Part shown: positions 50,975 to 54,875 of the stretch, in pieces
Layout: every line of letters starts with the position of its first letter
Position numbering within the stretch: position 1 is the first letter of the stretch
Assembly (NCBI RefSeq): GCF_001194135.2
Contig: NC_068984.1
Location: 20,735,310 to 20,790,184 of the forward strand
Origin: Octopus bimaculoides
Lineage: Eukaryota
Direction of reading: 5' to 3'
Length of the DNA stretch: 54,875 nucleotides
Notes under the pieces: model-generated
What the model was told of the DNA's origin: nothing
Databases searched by the model: none
The model's input: only the letters and a program-made list of their open reading frames with translations
Position numbers and translations under genes: made by a program

Positions 50975-51575
50975 GAGATGTAGAGGAAGTAGCTATGATT
51001 CTTTGCAGGCTGACTCAGATTATTACAGCTGATGTTCAGCTTGAACTTTGGCAGCTTGATGTTTTGTACGAAGAAAAAAAAGTCGAGAGAGCGTTCCATA
51101 GGGCTGCAGTCACATATTTTTGTTGTATGAACGAAGGATAGCATAATGCACATCTGGTTAGAGGGTTTGGGATTGATGAAAAATTAAGGAAGACTGAAGT
51201 GAGAATACCATGTACTTAGAAGTTTGTATTGTTGGCTGTGACGGTAGTTTGATCAATAATGTACAGAAAGAAGACTACGGGGAGATATCATTGAGGAAGC
51301 CCTGTAGTACACCAGACGTGACAGAACGTGGGTTGGAGAGATCATAATAGAGCGGTCTGCAAGAAAGCTTCCAGTGTAAGAAATCAGAAACTAATGCAGT
51401 CTATAGGGACAATGCAGACCGTAGGAAGGACCATATACCAGATATGGTTTAAAGGCGTTACTGACGTCAACAGCATTGCGCCCATGGAATTTCTCAAGAG
51501 CGAAAGATCACTGCTGAGTAATATATGAGTAAGTCTTCGGTATCTCAGCCTCCAGGGAAACCATGCTAGAGTTCA
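50975..51575 (-). pseudogene. Highly decayed CR1/L2-clade RT remnant
   Basis: Minus-strand frameshifted motifs HGF...DLLIYIT, AVDVSNAF..IWY, GSFLADRSIM, SGVLQG...ISPVVFFLYI, corresponding to GFR..ST.DLL, D.SKAFD.VW, SFL..R and SGVPQGS.LSP.LF. Confidence 0.7.
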
Positions 51576-51716
51576 CTGAGGAGGCAGGGAAGTAGAGTGA
51601 GCGACTGAGTGGTGAATGAATGAATGATTGTGTGTGTAGATGTGTGTGTGTTTGTGTGTGTATGTTTGCGTTTGTGTGAGAGAAAGGGAGATAGATAGAG
51701 AGAGTGAGAGTGAGAG

Positions 51717-51781
<65 letters not shown>

Positions 51782-51799
51782 TAGAGATCCTAGATATTG

Positions 51800-54600
51800 A
51801 AGAAAGTATTGTTCACAACTGTTTTCATTACATTTGAGATAGTATGAAAGTAATTGGGTGAAGCTGGTAAGATCAAAGAATTATCTTCCTTGGTGATGGA
51901 ACACTTTTTTTCTCTCCTTTAGACAGGGTTAAATTCCTTTCAAAGATGGTTGAAGCCTTTGAAAACCTGCCACCTTGATGTGTTGAAACGATAGAAATTG
52001 TTTATAACTCTATGTCAGATTAGGTAGACCTTCGATTATAGACTTTCTTGCCGTAACCACCCTTCCTCTTTCTTTCAGACTATATAAAACCTCATATAAT
52101 TCAATGTGTTCCCTAATTTTGTATGTATTTGAGGTAGATTCAGCTCTCATTTCTGAAGGTCGAGCGACTGTGAAGAGGCTCTCTTACGATCTGAGGAGCT
52201 TATGCATATGATGACCTTGGTGGTGAGACCGGGAACATGATGTATGATAGTTTAGAAGTTTTGTTGAAAGCGTATGGAGAAGAGTGTGGACAATTTTTGC
52301 AATGACAGAATACAGTGAACGCTTGTCAAATATTCCAGACACCAAACGTCCAACTTTGGTTTGCATTTCACCCATGCCGCCGCTCGATCATGGAGACAAG
52401 CACCTAAAGAACGTGTCTTACGAACGGCGACCACACATGTTCTCTGTCATCGTCGTCGTCGTAGTAGTAGTAGTAGTAGTGATGGTGTACGAAATTAGCA
52501 GGTGCATCAGCCTCAATACTAAAGCTTTGATATGCTGTGGTTGATGAATGTGTGTATCATCAACCACAGCATTCCGAAATCTTTTAGTATCAGACTGACC
52601 TCCTGACTGGTGGATCATGTTACTTCCACAAGAAACGAAGAAGCGCACATTTCATTCTAGTTGTGTGTTTCTTGGAACAAGTTACGACGTGACGATATAG
52701 GCGTTAACAACTTCTGTCCGAACTTTCAGGGACATATCTGTCCTTTTCTTAACGAGACTAGCCATCCCACACTCGACATCTTTTCAGTTTTCTCTAGTTT
52801 GATATCTGGTCCGAACCAGGCTCTGAGCACTTAACCTGGCACTCAGTCCAGCGATAGAATCCGGCACTATCCAAATTGACTTTCTTCAGATGCCAATTTG
52901 AAAACCCATCAAAGCGCGCCTTCGTTATCTGTTACTGCTGCTGCAGTTGTTCCTGTTGCTGTGGATTACTCTGTTGTTGTTGAGATTGCCCGTCGTTATC
53001 GTTGTTATTGTTGTTGTTAGTAGGTGGCGGTAGTGGTCTGTTTGTGCCACTTTGGATTTTGTTGGTCTTGGAGCTACCAAAACTTAGTATCAAACCTCTG
53101 GTTTCTCCTGTCCCACTATTCACCTTTCTCAGCTACCCCGTTTTGACTATTTGTCCGTGGCACCTTCTTCATCCGAGACGGAAAATGTTGCGGTTATGAC
53201 CATGTTTTCTGGCTTTTCTTTCCGCTTTCATTTATGGTAGGGACATTTTTTCAAAAGCACTATTTGAGTGAAAGTTGTTGTCTTTGGTTTCTGTAGCTGC
53301 CACTGTAACTGCCGCTGCTGATGTGATTGCAGCAATTAGAGTGTGGGAGCAGCAGCAGAAAGAGACGCTTAGACGCTATCTTCTTTATTGTGTAAAAAAG
53401 CTCTGAGATAATCTATCTGCTTCACTGAAAAATGCATTTAGTTTTCTTGCTCTCGACAAGCACTCACAGCTATTCATACGCACCGAAACAAATATTCGTG
53501 AATGTCAGGAAGGTACGCACTTGGACTCTAAGTACAACTTGGATGAATTATTGTTTGTCCACACAGTTTCTACATGAGTCGATTCTATTTCAAACATTAA
53601 TGAATTGAATGTTCCTAGGAATGTTCGAAAACGTATAAAGAAATCCGGCCGTCCAGTTTCTGTCGATACGCAAACGGTCACTAGTTTGAATAGCTGACGA
53701 TACGAGAAAGATCTGCGGCCAATACTTGAAACTCTGGTAATGTTCCTTTCAGTTTTGTTAGGAATGATTTCATCGTGACCCTCTCCTAGTGATATCATAT
53801 TGCTTTTGTTCCTGTTGAGTGACACGCTAATGTCTTTGAGTTTAGTTACGTGTCACCCCATACAAAGTGGAATCATAACGAATTCCTGAGACGTACATGT
53901 GACTGTGACCACTGTTCAAATTTTCTGCTCACTGTGGCAGATGGTCAACACTGTCCTGAGTTGTCTACCTTTTGTTACATATCATATTTCTTGCAGGCAT
54001 CTTTTGATTTGCGTTGGAGTAAGACACTGCAACTTCTGATGTCTATGATTGATGCACCTATAGAAAATCGTCCTTATTATTATTTTTTTGTGCTCTTTAC
54101 ATCCTCGGCTGGAAATGTCACCATCCCTGGATGAGGGATCTCACTCTTGCATTTTCTAGCAGCTTCTGTTCTGCCATTGAGAGAATGAACATCTACTGTT
54201 TCGCATTTTCAAGACAGTAAAGTATAAATTGAAGGAGAATGTGCTGTTATTTCTTTTCAAGTACCCCACTCCCCGTAGGTGCTCCCTCATTGTAGTAACT
54301 AACTGTTTTGATAGTGATGTCAAAACTGCTTTGACAGTGATGTCAATGCTTTTGGTTACCATGGCAGCAACATGATGCTGTTTGTTGTTGTTTTTGTAAA
54401 CTCTTGTGGAGTCGTTACCACTCACTATATCACTTTTAAGCTACCTGTGACCTCTGTCTCATCTACCACTGAGATAATTCTGGTGCCACCGTTGGAAGCT
54501 ACATTTTTCATTATCAAATTGAAATTATGGCTTTTGTTTTTCAAATCATCGTGAATGTTTTGACGTAGAGTCATTTTCACTGTGGGACCAATATAAAAGG
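51800..54600 (-). pseudogene. Decayed L1/Tx1-clade LINE: ORF2 C-terminal part (~51800-52915) joined to a probable ORF1 remnant (~52930-54575)
   Basis: ORF2: RWTECQVK..WFGPDIKLEKN (52787-52850; LG.WF post-RT motif), LLRFLWK..PPVRRSV (52590-52643), HVWSPFVR (52417-52439). The upstream part has many broken frames and low-complexity N/Q/A-rich stretches, so the ORF1 assignment is weaker. Confidence 0.65.
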
Positions 54601-54833
54601 TAAGACTGCACCCTAATATATATTGCAAGTTAATTCCTCAAAATTGATTAAAAAAAAAATTAGTGAAACTTACGGAGATAATAAATCTGTGGTAAACTGA
54701 AAGAATACAGTAGTAGAAGTTTAACAACAACAACAACAACAATAATAATTATCTATTTTATTGGTCAAAAGGGTGTGTCCATCGAAATAATAAAAATTGT
54801 GCCGCATAAAAAACGGGAATACAAAACATCTGG

Positions 54834-54875
<42 letters not shown>

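Noticed and set aside
51690-51840. (TC)n-specific targeting by the Tx1-like element (Kibi-like)
   Set aside because: The ORF2 remnant seems to run into the microsatellite without a clear 3' UTR or tail, and the other flank is (AC)n, so no target site can be defined.

Overview
AT-rich, microsatellite-saturated animal genomic DNA with eight N-gaps, most of them sitting in simple repeats. It is probably Octopus or another coleoid cephalopod, inferred from recognising its SINE families rather than from a search. I found no convincing host-gene coding exon, tRNA, rRNA or CRISPR array, and most ORFs in the supplied track are translations of microsatellites. The window reads as intronic or intergenic sequence built from transposon debris: many copies of two tRNA-derived SINE families; decayed LINEs (RTE, CR1/L2, L1/Tx1, possibly Vingi/Ingi); a Penelope-like element (RT plus GIY-YIG); Tc1 and maT/mariner transposase remnants; a hAT-type MITE; and two MITEs with GG...CC termini and perfect 8-bp TSDs (Merlin-like). 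The most interesting signals are: (1) four dispersed minimal hammerhead-ribozyme-like motifs that all read CCGA instead of canonical CUGA; (2) a 610-bp MITE carrying a spacerless (TAACCC)7-TA-(GGGTTA)6 telomeric palindrome, inserted in the Penelope remnant; (3) all seven coding TE remnants from 33.4 to 54.6 kb lying on the minus strand; (4) a ~66-bp minisatellite with a 196-bp three-unit higher-order structure; (5) tail-to-tail SINE foldbacks that could be ADAR substrates. Family assignments rest on manual translation and motif recognition. Coordinates of decayed elements are approximate.
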